DNA of 64,000 nucleotides from Patescibacteria group bacterium (lineage in GTDB: Bacteria > Patescibacteriota > Minisyncoccia > Moranbacterales > UBA2206). Location: positions 168 to 64,167 of the forward strand of contig JAUPKF010000002.1 in the NCBI GenBank assembly GCA_030837625.1. Direction: 5' to 3'. Below, in pieces: positions 47,211 to 57,460 of this stretch. Under the pieces are notes generated by a model. It did not search any database. It saw nothing but the letters and a program-made list of their open reading frames with translations, and was not told the DNA's origin. The first letter of the stretch is position 1, and each line of letters begins with the position of its first letter. Position numbers and translations under genes: made by a program.

Positions 47211-48170
47211 ATGTTTCCACTAAATCTAAAAAGAATACTTAAATTATCCATCTTTCTGCTCATCATCTTTTCATCCTTCAGGGTTTTCGCTTTCTTCTCC
47301 GACCCCAAAGAAACGGCTGATTTTTCTTCTTCCAAAAAAACAGTGCGCATTAACGACAACGGTTTTGAATTCAGAACTGCGTCTTTAGGAAATACCGTCG
47401 GAGATTTGCTGGAAGAGAAGAACATAAAACTTTCCCAATATGATCAAATCATCCCCGGCAAAACGGAAAAAATATTTCCCGGAACCAATATAGAAATCAA
47501 GCGGGCGATAAAAGTTAAAATCGAAGTTGACGGCAAAACATTCGAAAAAAATACTCTGCAAAAAAATATCGGGCTGGTCTTGGGAGAAAGCGATATCAAA
47601 TTGGGACGGCTCGACAAAGTGTCTCCGGATGTTAATGGTTCGCCGCGAAACAATGAAACAATTTCCGTCACCCGAATAAACGTGGAAGAAAAAGTTGTCC
47701 CCGGAGAAATCGATTTCAAGACGACAATCAAAAACGATCCCAAACTGGGCTGGCGCGAGAAAAAGATCGAAACAAAAGGGGAAAAAGGAATCAAAGAAGT
47801 AAAATACAAGATCACATACAAAGACGGAAAAGAAGTTTCGCGCGTAGTTTTAGAAAAAAACATAACCAAAGAACCGGTCACGCAAGTTGAAACCCAAGGC
47901 ACGTACGTCAAATGCGGCAAAGCCAACAAGGGCCAGGCGACCTGGTACGCGTATCAAGGCGGAATGTTCGCCGCCAGCACAACCATTCCCAAAGGGGGTT
48001 ACGCCAAAGTAACCAGCACCGCCACGGGAAAATCCGTCATTGTCCAAATAAACGACTACGGCCCGCAAGGCAAAGGACGCGTCATCGATCTCGACAAGGT
48101 CGCTTTCCAAAAACTCGCTTCGCTCGGCGCCGGCGTGATTGGAGTGAAAGTGGAAGAAGTGCTCAACTAA
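47211..48170 (+). CDS. secreted G5-domain + RlpA-like double-psi beta-barrel (3D) protein
   Basis: signal peptide/TM, central G5-like region, C-terminal GQATWYAYQGGMFAASTTIPKGGYAKVTSTATGKSVIVQINDYGP (RlpA/DPBB signature). Confidence 0.7.
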   Translation: MFPLNLKRILKLSIFLLIIFSSFRVFAFFSDPKETADFSSSKKTVRINDNGFEFRTASLGNTVGDLLEEKNIKLSQYDQIIPGKTEKIFPGTNIEIKRAIKVKIEVDGKTFEKNTLQKNIGLVLGESDIKLGRLDKVSPDVNGSPRNNETISVTRINVEEKVVPGEIDFKTTIKNDPKLGWREKKIETKGEKGIKEVKYKITYKDGKEVSRVVLEKNITKEPVTQVETQGTYVKCGKANKGQATWYAYQGGMFAASTTIPKGGYAKVTSTATGKSVIVQINDYGPQGKGRVIDLDKVAFQKLASLGAGVIGVKVEEVLN

Positions 48171-48320
48171 TTTTTTCGTAAGAAAAAATTAGTTGAGCAT
48201 CCTGAGCGAAAGCGAAGGATCTATTTTTGCTTGAAAGTTTCCAGATAACTCGCTAGAATAAACAACTGATGCGAAGTTGGAAAATTTAAAAGGGCAATTC
48301 CTGAAATTAGGAATCGCCCC

Positions 48321-48530
48321 TTAGAAAAGATTCAGATAAACTTGTACGGCGCCTAGGAAGAGGAACCAAAGGATAAACGCTATGCGCGCCGCCCTTTCCT
48401 CCTGATAGTGCTTGTAGCACTGAAAGTCCATTGCGTCAATTTCCACCGCGCTTATAAAAAAATAAATGGAAAGCGCGCCGGACAAAAAAAGAGCTGTGAT
48501 ACTGAAAACATAATTTAAAAAAACCCGCAT
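48321..48530 (-). CDS. hypothetical small membrane protein (69 aa)
   Basis: two hydrophobic helices; weak support. Confidence 0.3.
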   Translation of the reverse strand: MRVFLNYVFSITALFLSGALSIYFFISAVEIDAMDFQCYKHYQEERAARIAFILWFLFLGAVQVYLNLF

Positions 48531-48592
48531 ATCCTCCTCCTCCTTTTCTTGAGAGAAAATCTTTTAAGTCAATATACCACATTTTATACTTT

Positions 48593-49459
48593 ATGCAACC
48601 AAAGAAATCACTAGGACAGAATTTCCTCAGAGATAAAAATATTCTTGATAAAATAATCCGAGCCGCTGATTTAAAGGCGGATGATTTTGTAATTGAAATT
48701 GGTCCCGGAGAAGGCGTACTGACTCTTAAGCTAATTAAACATACTAGTAAGGTTATTGCCATTGAGAAAGACGAGAATCTGGCGGAAAAGTTAGCTAAGA
48801 ATTTTCAATTTTCAATTTTCAGTTTTCAATCAATTTCCAATGATCCAATTTTAAATTTTAAAAATAAAGCCGCTGTTATTGTCGGAGATATGCTTAAAGC
48901 TAACTTGCCCTTACTCATAGAAAATAATTTCGTAAATTCGGATTTATTCGTAGATTCGAATCGGTTTAATTATAAAGTTATCGCCAATATTCCGTATTAC
49001 ATAACGTCGCCGATTATTAAGTTGTTTTTGGAAACAAAATATCCGCCCAAGGAAATGATTCTGATGGTGCAAAAAGAAGTGGCGGAGCGTATCTGCGCCA
49101 GCCCCGGACAAATGAGCATCTTGGCGGTGAGCGTGCGATATTACGCCAAAGCAGAGCTGTTATTTCACGTCGACAGAAAAAGTTTTTGGCCGGCGCCGGA
49201 AGTGGATTCGGCGGTGATACGAATTCATGAAACACGAAACATGAAACATGAAACAAAAGAAGACACAAAGAACTTTTTTAGAATAGTTAAGGCTGGGTTT
49301 TCGGCTAAAAGAAAAATGTTATTAAATAATTTATCCAGCAGTTTGCATTTGGAGAAAAAAATAGTCGAGGAAAAATTGAAAAAGGTCGGGATAGATCCTA
49401 GTCGAAGAGCGCAAGAACTTTCTGTTGAAGAATGGAAAAAATTAGCGAAAATTATGTAG
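48593..49459 (+). CDS. ksgA: 16S rRNA (adenine1518/1519-N6)-dimethyltransferase with three in-frame repeat insertions
   Basis: SLGQNFL, EIGPGEGVLT motifs; inserted segments NFQFSIFSFQSISNDPILNFKNK (GAATTT repeat), FVNSDLFVDSNRF (REP/MITE 48930-48964), IRIHETRNMKHETKED (catgaaac repeat). Confidence 0.85.
   Translation: MQPKKSLGQNFLRDKNILDKIIRAADLKADDFVIEIGPGEGVLTLKLIKHTSKVIAIEKDENLAEKLAKNFQFSIFSFQSISNDPILNFKNKAAVIVGDMLKANLPLLIENNFVNSDLFVDSNRFNYKVIANIPYYITSPIIKLFLETKYPPKEMILMVQKEVAERICASPGQMSILAVSVRYYAKAELLFHVDRKSFWPAPEVDSAVIRIHETRNMKHETKEDTKNFFRIVKAGFSAKRKMLLNNLSSSLHLEKKIVEEKLKKVGIDPSRRAQELSVEEWKKLAKIM
48930..48964. repeat. REP/MITE right-end fragment inserted in-frame in ksgA
   Basis: tcgtaaattcggatttattcgtagattcgaatcgg. 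Confidence 0.6.
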
Positions 49460-49533
49460 GGATTTGATTTATCAAATCCGCCCCGAGGTTTAATAAATTA
49501 CCCCTACACACCAGGGTTTAATAAATTAAACCC

Positions 49534-51300
49534 CTACAGAAAAACAACCCTTACTAAAATCACCCCATAAACAAACACCAACCCCAAAACCGGCCAAAAC
49601 AACTGGCGCGGTTTTATTTTAGGCGAATTTACAACCAAGAACGTCAACGTCCCAAAAATCACCGCCCAAAGAAAAAGATTCAGTTCGTTTAAGAAAAAAA
49701 CGCTTAGCATATACGAGATAAAAAGGTTCGCGGCCACAATAAGTCGTCCTTTTTTTTCGCCAAAAATTACCGGCACCGTCCATATTTCCCCGGCCTTGTC
49801 GCCGGCAATGTCCTTGAAATCCTTAATCGGCAAGGAAATAGTGTACGCAATCAGCAAAAGCAAAGATATTTTCCAGGACAAACTGTGGATAGACTGATCG
49901 TCAGCCGCTAAAATATAGCCCAGAAACAAAATCATAAGCAAAGCCAGCGAGCTGGTGAAAGTCGCCAAAAAAGGAAACTTTTTGAGCCGATATGGAGGCG
50001 CGCTATAAAACCAAGCCAGAATCTGGTACGCCAAAAGCAAGGCGGCAAATGGAAATCCCAGCGTAAGACCGCCCAAAAGCGAGAGTAAAAAACAGGTTAT
50101 CCCCAGCTCCGCGTACTCTTTTGGCTGAAGCACGCCTTTTTGCAAAGGACGCTCCGGATTGGAAATGGCGTCTATTTCAAAATCATATATGTCATTTACC
50201 ACCACTGAAGCAAACCACGCCAGCCAAACGCTGATAAGCAAGGCGAAAACCGCCCCCACGGAAAACAGAGTCAGCTCAAAATTGCCGGGATACGCCAATA
50301 TTCCCAAGCCCAAACCTGCCAAAAACAGCCCCGAATGGTAAACAACCTGTGGATAACGATAGTTTTTTAGCACTGCCGCCAGTTTTTCCCGACTTATTAA
50401 ATAAAATAAGGCCGAGAGTAAAAGGACTAGAAACGGAAAGTAAATTATGTCAAGTTTCCAGGCAAAGGCGTATTTGAGGCTTTCGAAATTAATGCCCCAA
50501 AGCTTGCCTGAAGCGCCAAAAAATTGGGCAATATGAAAGCCCTGGATATCGGAAACAGCCATTTTTCCGCTGAAAAAGTTAAAAACAAAGAAAAAAACTG
50601 ACGGAAATGCTCCCATAAAGAACAGAACAATATATGTTCCCACTGCCGAGAACGCGGTTTTTGCCCAATCTTTTGTCCTCAAAAAAACAAAGGCTGAAAT
50701 AAGGCCGATCGCCAAAAGAAAAGTGATTTTGGTGCCAAAATAGACAATTCCACTGGGCAAATTGCCAAATATCGAAACAAAATAGCCAAACAGCTCTTTG
50801 GGACCGCCCAAAAGGTAAAAACTCCAGAATATTTCTCCGCCGGTTCTGGCCATATCGATAAGCGGGGGAAGAAGCATAAGGAGAAACGACCAAACAAAAA
50901 GATAAGCCAGTTTTTGCGGCTTGGTTTTGAGAACAAGACTTATGAATATCCAAATCAGAAGATAGGTCAGGGAAAAGAAAAATAAGTTATGCGCCAATTC
51001 GATGACCGCTTCTTCCGGCGTAACCGGCGAAGTAAGGGCAATAAATTGTTCGATGAAATTACGCAAAATCAAAATCGCCAAAAAAATCGCCACGCATGAA
51101 ACGAGTCTGATTTCTTTTTTGGTGATTTCCCTCGCGAAAGACGCCAATCTTTTCATATTTTCAATGTAACAGACAAAAGATATTCCAGCAACTATAAAAA
51201 AGTTATCAACAGCCATATTTTCTTTTCCGAATTTACAAAAAGTGTGGTATAATTTTGTCAAGAATGAATACTCCAAAGACAGCCAAGCTAATTTTGGCAA
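49534..51300 (-). CDS. polytopic membrane protein: N-terminal membrane domain fused to a UbiA-family prenyltransferase domain
   Basis: Asp-rich motif VNDIYDFEIDAI at about aa 370 followed by UbiA-like TMs; about 10 N-terminal TMs. Confidence 0.6.
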   Translation of the reverse strand: MPKLAWLSLEYSFLTKLYHTFCKFGKENMAVDNFFIVAGISFVCYIENMKRLASFAREITKKEIRLVSCVAIFLAILILRNFIEQFIALTSPVTPEEAVIELAHNLFFFSLTYLLIWIFISLVLKTKPQKLAYLFVWSFLLMLLPPLIDMARTGGEIFWSFYLLGGPKELFGYFVSIFGNLPSGIVYFGTKITFLLAIGLISAFVFLRTKDWAKTAFSAVGTYIVLFFMGAFPSVFFFVFNFFSGKMAVSDIQGFHIAQFFGASGKLWGINFESLKYAFAWKLDIIYFPFLVLLLSALFYLISREKLAAVLKNYRYPQVVYHSGLFLAGLGLGILAYPGNFELTLFSVGAVFALLISVWLAWFASVVVNDIYDFEIDAISNPERPLQKGVLQPKEYAELGITCFLLSLLGGLTLGFPFAALLLAYQILAWFYSAPPYRLKKFPFLATFTSSLALLMILFLGYILAADDQSIHSLSWKISLLLLIAYTISLPIKDFKDIAGDKAGEIWTVPVIFGEKKGRLIVAANLFISYMLSVFFLNELNLFLWAVIFGTLTFLVVNSPKIKPRQLFWPVLGLVFVYGVILVRVVFL

Positions 51301-52313
51301 GCTTAGTTTTTTTAAGCTTGGTTTTTCGTTTTTCCATTGAAAACAGTCTTGGCACTACCAACAATATTTTTCTTGATTCCGACCAAGACGGACTTACTGA
51401 CGCCGAAGAAAGAACTTACGGCACCGATCCGCGAAACCGCGACACGGACAGCGACAGCTACTGCGACGGCGCGGAAGTAAAGGCTGGTTACGACCCGCTG
51501 AAACCGGCGCCAGGCGACAGGATTGTGAGTGCGGAAATAACACCCAGTGAGAAGAACGACACAGTGAGCGAGGTGCTTGGAGAAAACACGGAAAACAAAA
51601 ATTTGACCCAGGAGATGGCGGAAAAGTTATCCGAGATAACCAAAGAAATCGACTCGGAAAACCAAGAAGTAACTTTGGAAGAAATCCAGAGCCTCATCGA
51701 TGACGCTTTGAACTCGGGACAAAAAGAAATCGAACTGCCGGAAGTTACCAAAGACGACATTCAAATCAAAAAACAAAACTACTCCGGACTCTCCGAAGAA
51801 GAAGCGCAAGAAAGAAGAAAAGAAGATTTTTCCGAGTACATCATCGGCGTTTACTATATTTTCTCCAGCAATTCGCCCAAACCCATCACCTCTTTTTCCG
51901 ACATCAACAAAGTTATGTCATCCTTCACTAATGAAATCATTTACGCCCTCGATTCCAAAAGTTCGTCTTCCTTGGACGATTTGAGCCAAATCAGCGAAAA
52001 GTCCCTGGAACAGCTCCAAGACGTGGAAGTGCCGGAAGAATTGGTTGACTTGCATATCAAAGCTCTGAAATTCGCCATGTACGCCCAGTCTCTCAAAAGC
52101 AACATCGATTCCGAACAGGACGATCCGTTGGAAGACATTGTCCGGCTTTCCAAAATCCAGGTCTACGTGGAAAATCTGATGAGTTTTTCCACCGAAGCCG
52201 CCATGAAGTTCGAAGAATACGGAATGGAATACGACGACGGCACCAAAGAAATTTTGAAAAAATACGGACTGGAGTTTGAAAATGAGAGCGAGGAGGATGA
52301 TGAGGATGAATAA
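51255..52313 (+). CDS. secreted acidic protein with thrombospondin-type-3-like Ca-binding repeat (DSDQDGLTDAEE...DTDSDSYCDG)
   Basis: signal peptide; DxDxDG repeats; highly acidic C-terminal tail. Confidence 0.55.
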   Translation: MSRMNTPKTAKLILASLVFLSLVFRFSIENSLGTTNNIFLDSDQDGLTDAEERTYGTDPRNRDTDSDSYCDGAEVKAGYDPLKPAPGDRIVSAEITPSEKNDTVSEVLGENTENKNLTQEMAEKLSEITKEIDSENQEVTLEEIQSLIDDALNSGQKEIELPEVTKDDIQIKKQNYSGLSEEEAQERRKEDFSEYIIGVYYIFSSNSPKPITSFSDINKVMSSFTNEIIYALDSKSSSSLDDLSQISEKSLEQLQDVEVPEELVDLHIKALKFAMYAQSLKSNIDSEQDDPLEDIVRLSKIQVYVENLMSFSTEAAMKFEEYGMEYDDGTKEILKKYGLEFENESEEDDEDE

Positions 52314-52315
52314 AC

Positions 52316-52440
52316 GTATACTAAAATCCAAATTTCCAAATCCAAATGTCAAATAAAACCCCAAATCAAAAATCCAAAATTTGTCATTGAGATTTGGGAT
52401 TTTGTTGGATATTGAGATTTTGTCATTGGGATTTTTGAAA
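52316..52440. repeat. GGATTTT/CCAAAT low-complexity repeat, intergenic
   Basis: ctaaaatccaaatttccaaatccaaatgtcaaataaaaccccaaatcaaaaatccaaaatttgtcattgagatttgggattttgttggatattgagattttgtcattgggatttttgaaag. Confidence 0.6.
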
Positions 52441-52447
52441 GTTTTTT

Positions 52448-53434
52448 ATGTTAAATATAAAAACAATATATAAAAAATTCTTCACCGTAATCTTCGTCTT
52501 TGTTGTTTTCCTGTTTTCTCCCATAAAATCAGCCAACGCCGCGCTCTGGCCGGCCATTGATCCGCAGTACAAGCAGATGCTGGAAGAAATCCACGAGCGC
52601 ATCACCGGCATTATGCTGGGAATGCTCAAGCAACAAGCTATGACGATGCTCAACCAGCAAATCAGCAAACTGGTCGGCGGCAGTTCCACGTCTTCCGCTA
52701 TGTTCATCACCGATTGGCAAAGCTACCTGGTCAAAGAACCGGAGGAGAAAACCAAACTGTATATGAACGATTATTTGAGCCAAGTCACCAAAGGCCGCGG
52801 CTCGTCAACAGGTTACATCGGCGAAGGATTTTCCGGCTCGGGAAATTATTCCAAGCAGTTGGTGGAAATCGGCAAGAAAACCACCGTGGACAAACCGGCC
52901 GTTCCACAGATGACCTATGAAGGCGATCCGTCGCAAATGTTCGCCGGCGGAAATTTCAAAAACCTGAGCCTGTATCTTTCCGGCATCAACAACCCCTGGG
53001 CTTTTTCCATCAACGCCCAAAGCGAATATCAGAAAAAACTGGAAGAGGAAAAGAAAATCGCCGAAACCAAAGCCGTCGCCAACGAAGCTTTCAAGAGCAA
53101 CGAAAAAAAAGTTGACGACAAGGGCAAGACCATCGTAATCACGCCCGGTTCGCTCATCAAAGAAAATATGGCCAATGTCCAAGATCTTGGCAACAAGATC
53201 ATCGCCTCCGCCACCCATCCGGAAGAAATCATTTCAGCCGTCGTCCAGCAAATGATCACCAAAGCCATCCAGCAAGGCGTCGGAGAGATTGAAAAAGCGG
53301 TTCAGAAAGAATTCGACAGTGTCAGCGGAAAAATCGGCACCCAGCTCAACACCCAAACATCCACCAGCGGTCCCGGAACGCAATACAAAACCGAATACGC
53401 CAAGTGGCTGGAGAAGATGAAAACAGGGAACTAA
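52448..53434 (+). CDS. secreted hypothetical protein (328 aa)
   Basis: signal peptide ...PIKSANAA; the 5' leader and first codons (MLNIK) are near-identical to those of the gene at 53925. Confidence 0.55.
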   Translation: MLNIKTIYKKFFTVIFVFVVFLFSPIKSANAALWPAIDPQYKQMLEEIHERITGIMLGMLKQQAMTMLNQQISKLVGGSSTSSAMFITDWQSYLVKEPEEKTKLYMNDYLSQVTKGRGSSTGYIGEGFSGSGNYSKQLVEIGKKTTVDKPAVPQMTYEGDPSQMFAGGNFKNLSLYLSGINNPWAFSINAQSEYQKKLEEEKKIAETKAVANEAFKSNEKKVDDKGKTIVITPGSLIKENMANVQDLGNKIIASATHPEEIISAVVQQMITKAIQQGVGEIEKAVQKEFDSVSGKIGTQLNTQTSTSGPGTQYKTEYAKWLEKMKTGN

Positions 53435-53464
53435 TCAGCAGAAAATCCAAATTTCCAAATCTCA

Positions 53465-53863
53465 ATGCCAAACAAAATCCAAAATCCCAACAAAAATAGC
53501 AACAGCTACGACCTCATAGAAAGAACGGCTAAATTTGGAGAAGATGTTATTGAGTTTGCCGGAACATTACCTAGAAATGAAATTAATCGACCACTTTTAA
53601 GTCAAATAGTGAGATCTGGAACAAGCATTGGAGCTAATTATATGGAAGCCGATGGAGCAGTATCGAAAAAAGATTTTGAAAACAAGATTGGCATTTGCCG
53701 AAAAGAAGCTAAGGAGAGTATGCATTGGTTTAGAATGATTGCCAAAGCCAACCCGAACCATAAAGACAAATGCAGAGAGCTATATAAAGAATCCCAGGAA
53801 TTTGTATGGATATTTTCATCCATCATAAATAGTTCCAAAAACAACAGCAAGAACAAAAAATAA
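53465..53863 (+). CDS. four-helix-bundle protein (TIGR02436-like)
   Basis: YDLIERTAKFGEDVIEF...SQIVRSGTSIGANYMEADGAVSKKDFENKIGICRKEAKESMHW, typical of this family. Confidence 0.7.
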   Translation: MPNKIQNPNKNSNSYDLIERTAKFGEDVIEFAGTLPRNEINRPLLSQIVRSGTSIGANYMEADGAVSKKDFENKIGICRKEAKESMHWFRMIAKANPNHKDKCRELYKESQEFVWIFSSIINSSKNNSKNKK

Positions 53864-53920
53864 TTGTGATTTGGGATTTTATTGGATATTGAGATTTTGT
53901 CATTGAGATTTTTGAAAGCT
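53862..53920. repeat. GGATTTT repeat / duplicated leader
   Basis: aattgtgatttgggattttattggatattgagattttgtcattgagatttttgaaagc, near-identical to 52380-52440. Confidence 0.6.
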
Positions 53921-53924
53921 TTTT

Positions 53925-56060
53925 ATGTTAAATATAAAAATAAAAAATAACTTAATTCTGGCTGTCTTTTTTATCATGGCGGTTGTTTTGGGATTTGGCG
54001 CCGTCAAAGTCGAAAGCGCAAGCGCTTGGGATTGCGTCTGTGCAGGGAAAAACCTTACAGATCCAGGAACAATCATTCGCGTAAAGTGTAATGACACTGG
54101 TTGGTGGCCAACTCAAGACTGTAGAGATGTCTGTAGTAAGGATTGTAAAGATAAAGGATTTACCGGAGGAGTAATATCAGTAACAGGAGCCCCTCCTGGA
54201 GCCAAGATGGAAGGAGCAAATGATGTATGCCAAGGGCTTGGCATTACCACCGCCAGCGTATCCACATTGTTCAATTGTCTATTGCTTCATGTACTAAACT
54301 TTTTAACTTGGATTCTACAGGCAGCGGCATCCCTTTTTATAGCCATAATCGATCCGAAAAATTTAACCGATGTTATAAGCAATAAAATCATATACGAGAT
54401 ATGGACACTGGTTAGAGACACACTGAACGTCGCTTTTATTTTGACGCTTCTTTTTTCCGCCTTCGCTACTATTTTCCAGGTAGACAAATTCAGCTATAAG
54501 AAAATCCTCCTCACGCTCGTCATTATGGCGCTTCTGGTCAATTTCAGTTTTCCTATCGCCCGCGTCATTATTGATTTCTCCAATGTCATAATGTATTACT
54601 TTCTCAATGGACTTGAGTTCAAACTTCAAAACAAGACAGGAATAAGCAGCTTGTTCTCCAACATAGCCGATTTTGGAAGACTTAAAGACATTTTACATCC
54701 TAAGGCTGGAATTTATGCAGATACTTCATACCTGGTAGCCTCCGTTATTTTTGTTTTCATTTTGGGAGTAACTTTCCTGACTATCGCTATCCTATTCGTT
54801 ATACGAACCATCGCTCTAGGCGTCCTAATGATTTTCTCTCCTCTGGCCTTTGTCGGATCAATTGTCCCATTTCTTTCTTCCCACGCCAGCAAATGGTGGA
54901 CTAATCTTTTCAATTATTCTTTTTTTGGACCAATAATGGTTTTTATGATCTATGTTTCCGTGAGAATGATGGACTCGATTAGCGTTGCAGGAGCATCCAT
55001 AGACAGCATTGCATCCACCACGTCCGGAGACCCAAGCGTTGTTGCGGCTATCTCATTTTTTGCCATTCCCATCGTCATCCTTTGGATCGGCATCGGCACC
55101 GCGCAAAGTATGTCCATCGCCGGCGCCGGCGCGGTAGTGGGGAGAGCGAATAAGTTTATGAATTGGGCGGGAATGAAGTTCAGTGGCCTTGATTGGGGAA
55201 ATAGAAGACTTAAGGCGTACCAAACAGAAAGAAAGAAAAGAGCAGATGAACGATTCAAGGATAATTGGGGTCAAAGATTGGGACGAAGTATCAACAGGAC
55301 ACAAGACAGAATTCATGGCGCATTGCCTATCCCAGGCAGAGCAAGAGCTCAAAGAAGATTGGAGAATTTGCACAATGCCGACGTCAGAGAACATATGCAA
55401 AGAATCAATGACATAACAAATGAAGATGAGCTAGCAAATCTATTTGATCAAGCAGGAAGTGAGGCTGAAAGGGAAGCTATTCTTAGAAGAGCGGCTGCAA
55501 TTGGCGGCACAAGCACCATTTTGAATAGAGCAGGACAAACCAACGACATTGATGGTTTCACCACTTTCATGCAAAATAACTTCGGAAATACTGACAGATC
55601 GGCAAGGCTCGCATCTACAATATCTGGTTTGGAGAGCGCTCGACACAATACTCAATTTAGCGGAGTTTCATCATATGTTGGAAATCAATATCAATATAAT
55701 CAAGGAACGCCTGGTGGAGCGAATCGCATCGATGATGCGGTTTTCGCCGCAGTTGCTGGAGAACATCAGCAAAATATGTTCAGGAACCTAAGAGCCGGGC
55801 AAATAGTTACACGGGGTGCCGGAGGAAACATAGTAGGAATGAACAACCAATTTGAAGCTGTTTTGCAAAGAGTGGGGGATGATGCCTTGTTCGGCCAATA
55901 TATAACTCCGGCCGCGGGAAATAACAATTATCAATTAAATCAAGTTCCTCAAGCTGTTGTTGACCAATTGACACAAGCGGTAAACGCGGGACACCTACCA
56001 CCTGCCGGATCAAGAACGGAAGCCTTCTTTGAAGCTCTTAGAGCACAAGGAAGAATTTGA
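53925..56060 (+). CDS. VirB6/TrbL-like polytopic membrane protein with N-terminal Cys-rich ectodomain and Gln/Asn/Gly-rich C-terminal tail
   Basis: signal peptide; 8-Cys module (WDCVCAGKN...KCNDTGWWPTQDCRDVCSKDCKDKGF); at least 8 TMs; low-complexity tail; neighbours are VirB3/VirB4 homologs. Confidence 0.6.
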   Translation: MLNIKIKNNLILAVFFIMAVVLGFGAVKVESASAWDCVCAGKNLTDPGTIIRVKCNDTGWWPTQDCRDVCSKDCKDKGFTGGVISVTGAPPGAKMEGANDVCQGLGITTASVSTLFNCLLLHVLNFLTWILQAAASLFIAIIDPKNLTDVISNKIIYEIWTLVRDTLNVAFILTLLFSAFATIFQVDKFSYKKILLTLVIMALLVNFSFPIARVIIDFSNVIMYYFLNGLEFKLQNKTGISSLFSNIADFGRLKDILHPKAGIYADTSYLVASVIFVFILGVTFLTIAILFVIRTIALGVLMIFSPLAFVGSIVPFLSSHASKWWTNLFNYSFFGPIMVFMIYVSVRMMDSISVAGASIDSIASTTSGDPSVVAAISFFAIPIVILWIGIGTAQSMSIAGAGAVVGRANKFMNWAGMKFSGLDWGNRRLKAYQTERKKRADERFKDNWGQRLGRSINRTQDRIHGALPIPGRARAQRRLENLHNADVREHMQRINDITNEDELANLFDQAGSEAEREAILRRAAAIGGTSTILNRAGQTNDIDGFTTFMQNNFGNTDRSARLASTISGLESARHNTQFSGVSSYVGNQYQYNQGTPGGANRIDDAVFAAVAGEHQQNMFRNLRAGQIVTRGAGGNIVGMNNQFEAVLQRVGDDALFGQYITPAAGNNNYQLNQVPQAVVDQLTQAVNAGHLPPAGSRTEAFFEALRAQGRI

Positions 56061-56075
56061 TTATTTTAGACTTAT

Positions 56076-57383
56076 ATGCAAAATAGCTTAGAACAAACAA
56101 GAAAAAGGCTTGAAGAAATAATTGCCTTGGATGACATTCAAAAAGCTTTTAAGCTTGAAAAAGAATTAGAAGAGGGCTTAAAAAAATATCATTTTTCTGA
56201 TAACGATAAGAATATTTGGTCAAGCTTGCTTTACAAGCTACGTGGACATTTTTTGCCATGGGCCACATCTAACAAGTTTGAGAATCTGATACAAAATGAT
56301 CTTTTGAATTTATTGCAAAGCATAGACATTAACCTAAAAGATCGCTTTAATTTGCGAGTCATGCCCTTTCCCAAAGATTCGCAAGATTTTGTAAAAATTG
56401 ATTACCTGAAAATGTTTCTAAAAAACAGGGAATTTATTGGCAAAATAACTATATCGCGCTGGCTCAAGGAATATGAAGAGTTTGTAAATTACAAACAAGG
56501 AACAAGCCTTGACAAAAAAAATTTCTTAGCCAGTAATAAAAACTCCACGGAACTAATCGATGAAGAAAAGACTACTTTAATAAAGGTTCTGGATATTTTC
56601 GACTATATCAAACCAAGCTTCGATTACAAAGACGACATAATCAATCAAAAAATTTATGATACGCCCTCGACTGAAGCAGCTGTAGCGACAAGAAGTGCAC
56701 TTAACAACATGCCTCCTGAAGCTAAGCTGATAAAACTATCTTTCTCCGACGCGCTGAAGAAATATCCCGAGCTGGGCGAACAGTTGGTGACGTCGAATAA
56801 AATCAGGCTGAAAAGTTTTCCCGATTCGGTGCGGCCGTCGATCAAGAACTGGCTGTCGGATTATACTTTTAATCTGGGATACGAAAACCACAACACCATC
56901 GTTCGCGGAAATTATTTGTTCCAAAACGAAAACGCGCGAGCGTTGAATTCACTTGATCGGGAAAAACTTAGCTATGTTTTGAAAAGTTTTGATGAAAACG
57001 GATTGGTGACAGTGAACATAACAACTAAGCAAATTGTGTTTCCGGCACCGTCAAGGAGCAATGAGCAAGAAACAATGAACAATAGAATTTCTAATCCGCC
57101 TAATAAAATTACAAATCCCTCTGTAGGCTCAGGTTTCCGCCCTGAACCTGCAAGCAGAAATATTGAACCTGAGATAAGAACAGAAAGAATTCCTGAACCG
57201 GCAAAAACCAGCCTGCCTTCCAACAACAATATGGACAAAATGCAATTTTCCTCTCCGCAAACGCTGCCTTTCGAAAAAGAAAAACTCGCACCCCAAAGCC
57301 TGCCTCTCCGCATCACACCCATCCCCAGGAAGAATGTTGAAGAAAGAGAACTGCCGAGGAACTTGGTGAACTTAAAAGAGTAA
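56076..57383 (+). CDS. hypothetical protein with Pro-rich C-terminus (435 aa)
   Basis: intact ORF inside the secretion-like cluster; followed by a REP/MITE at the stop codon. Confidence 0.5.
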   Translation: MQNSLEQTRKRLEEIIALDDIQKAFKLEKELEEGLKKYHFSDNDKNIWSSLLYKLRGHFLPWATSNKFENLIQNDLLNLLQSIDINLKDRFNLRVMPFPKDSQDFVKIDYLKMFLKNREFIGKITISRWLKEYEEFVNYKQGTSLDKKNFLASNKNSTELIDEEKTTLIKVLDIFDYIKPSFDYKDDIINQKIYDTPSTEAAVATRSALNNMPPEAKLIKLSFSDALKKYPELGEQLVTSNKIRLKSFPDSVRPSIKNWLSDYTFNLGYENHNTIVRGNYLFQNENARALNSLDREKLSYVLKSFDENGLVTVNITTKQIVFPAPSRSNEQETMNNRISNPPNKITNPSVGSGFRPEPASRNIEPEIRTERIPEPAKTSLPSNNNMDKMQFSSPQTLPFEKEKLAPQSLPLRITPIPRKNVEERELPRNLVNLKE

Positions 57384-57452
57384 CCCGATTCGAATCTACG
57401 AATAGCATTCGTAAATTCGCAGATTTGTAGACATTCGTTGATTCGAATCGGA
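57384..57452. mobile_element. REP/MITE (ccgattcgaatctacgaat...attcgttgattcgaatcgg)
   Basis: starts at the taa stop; terminal inverted repeats ccgattcgaatc / gattcgaatcgg. Confidence 0.7.
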
Positions 57453-57460
57453 TAAAGATT

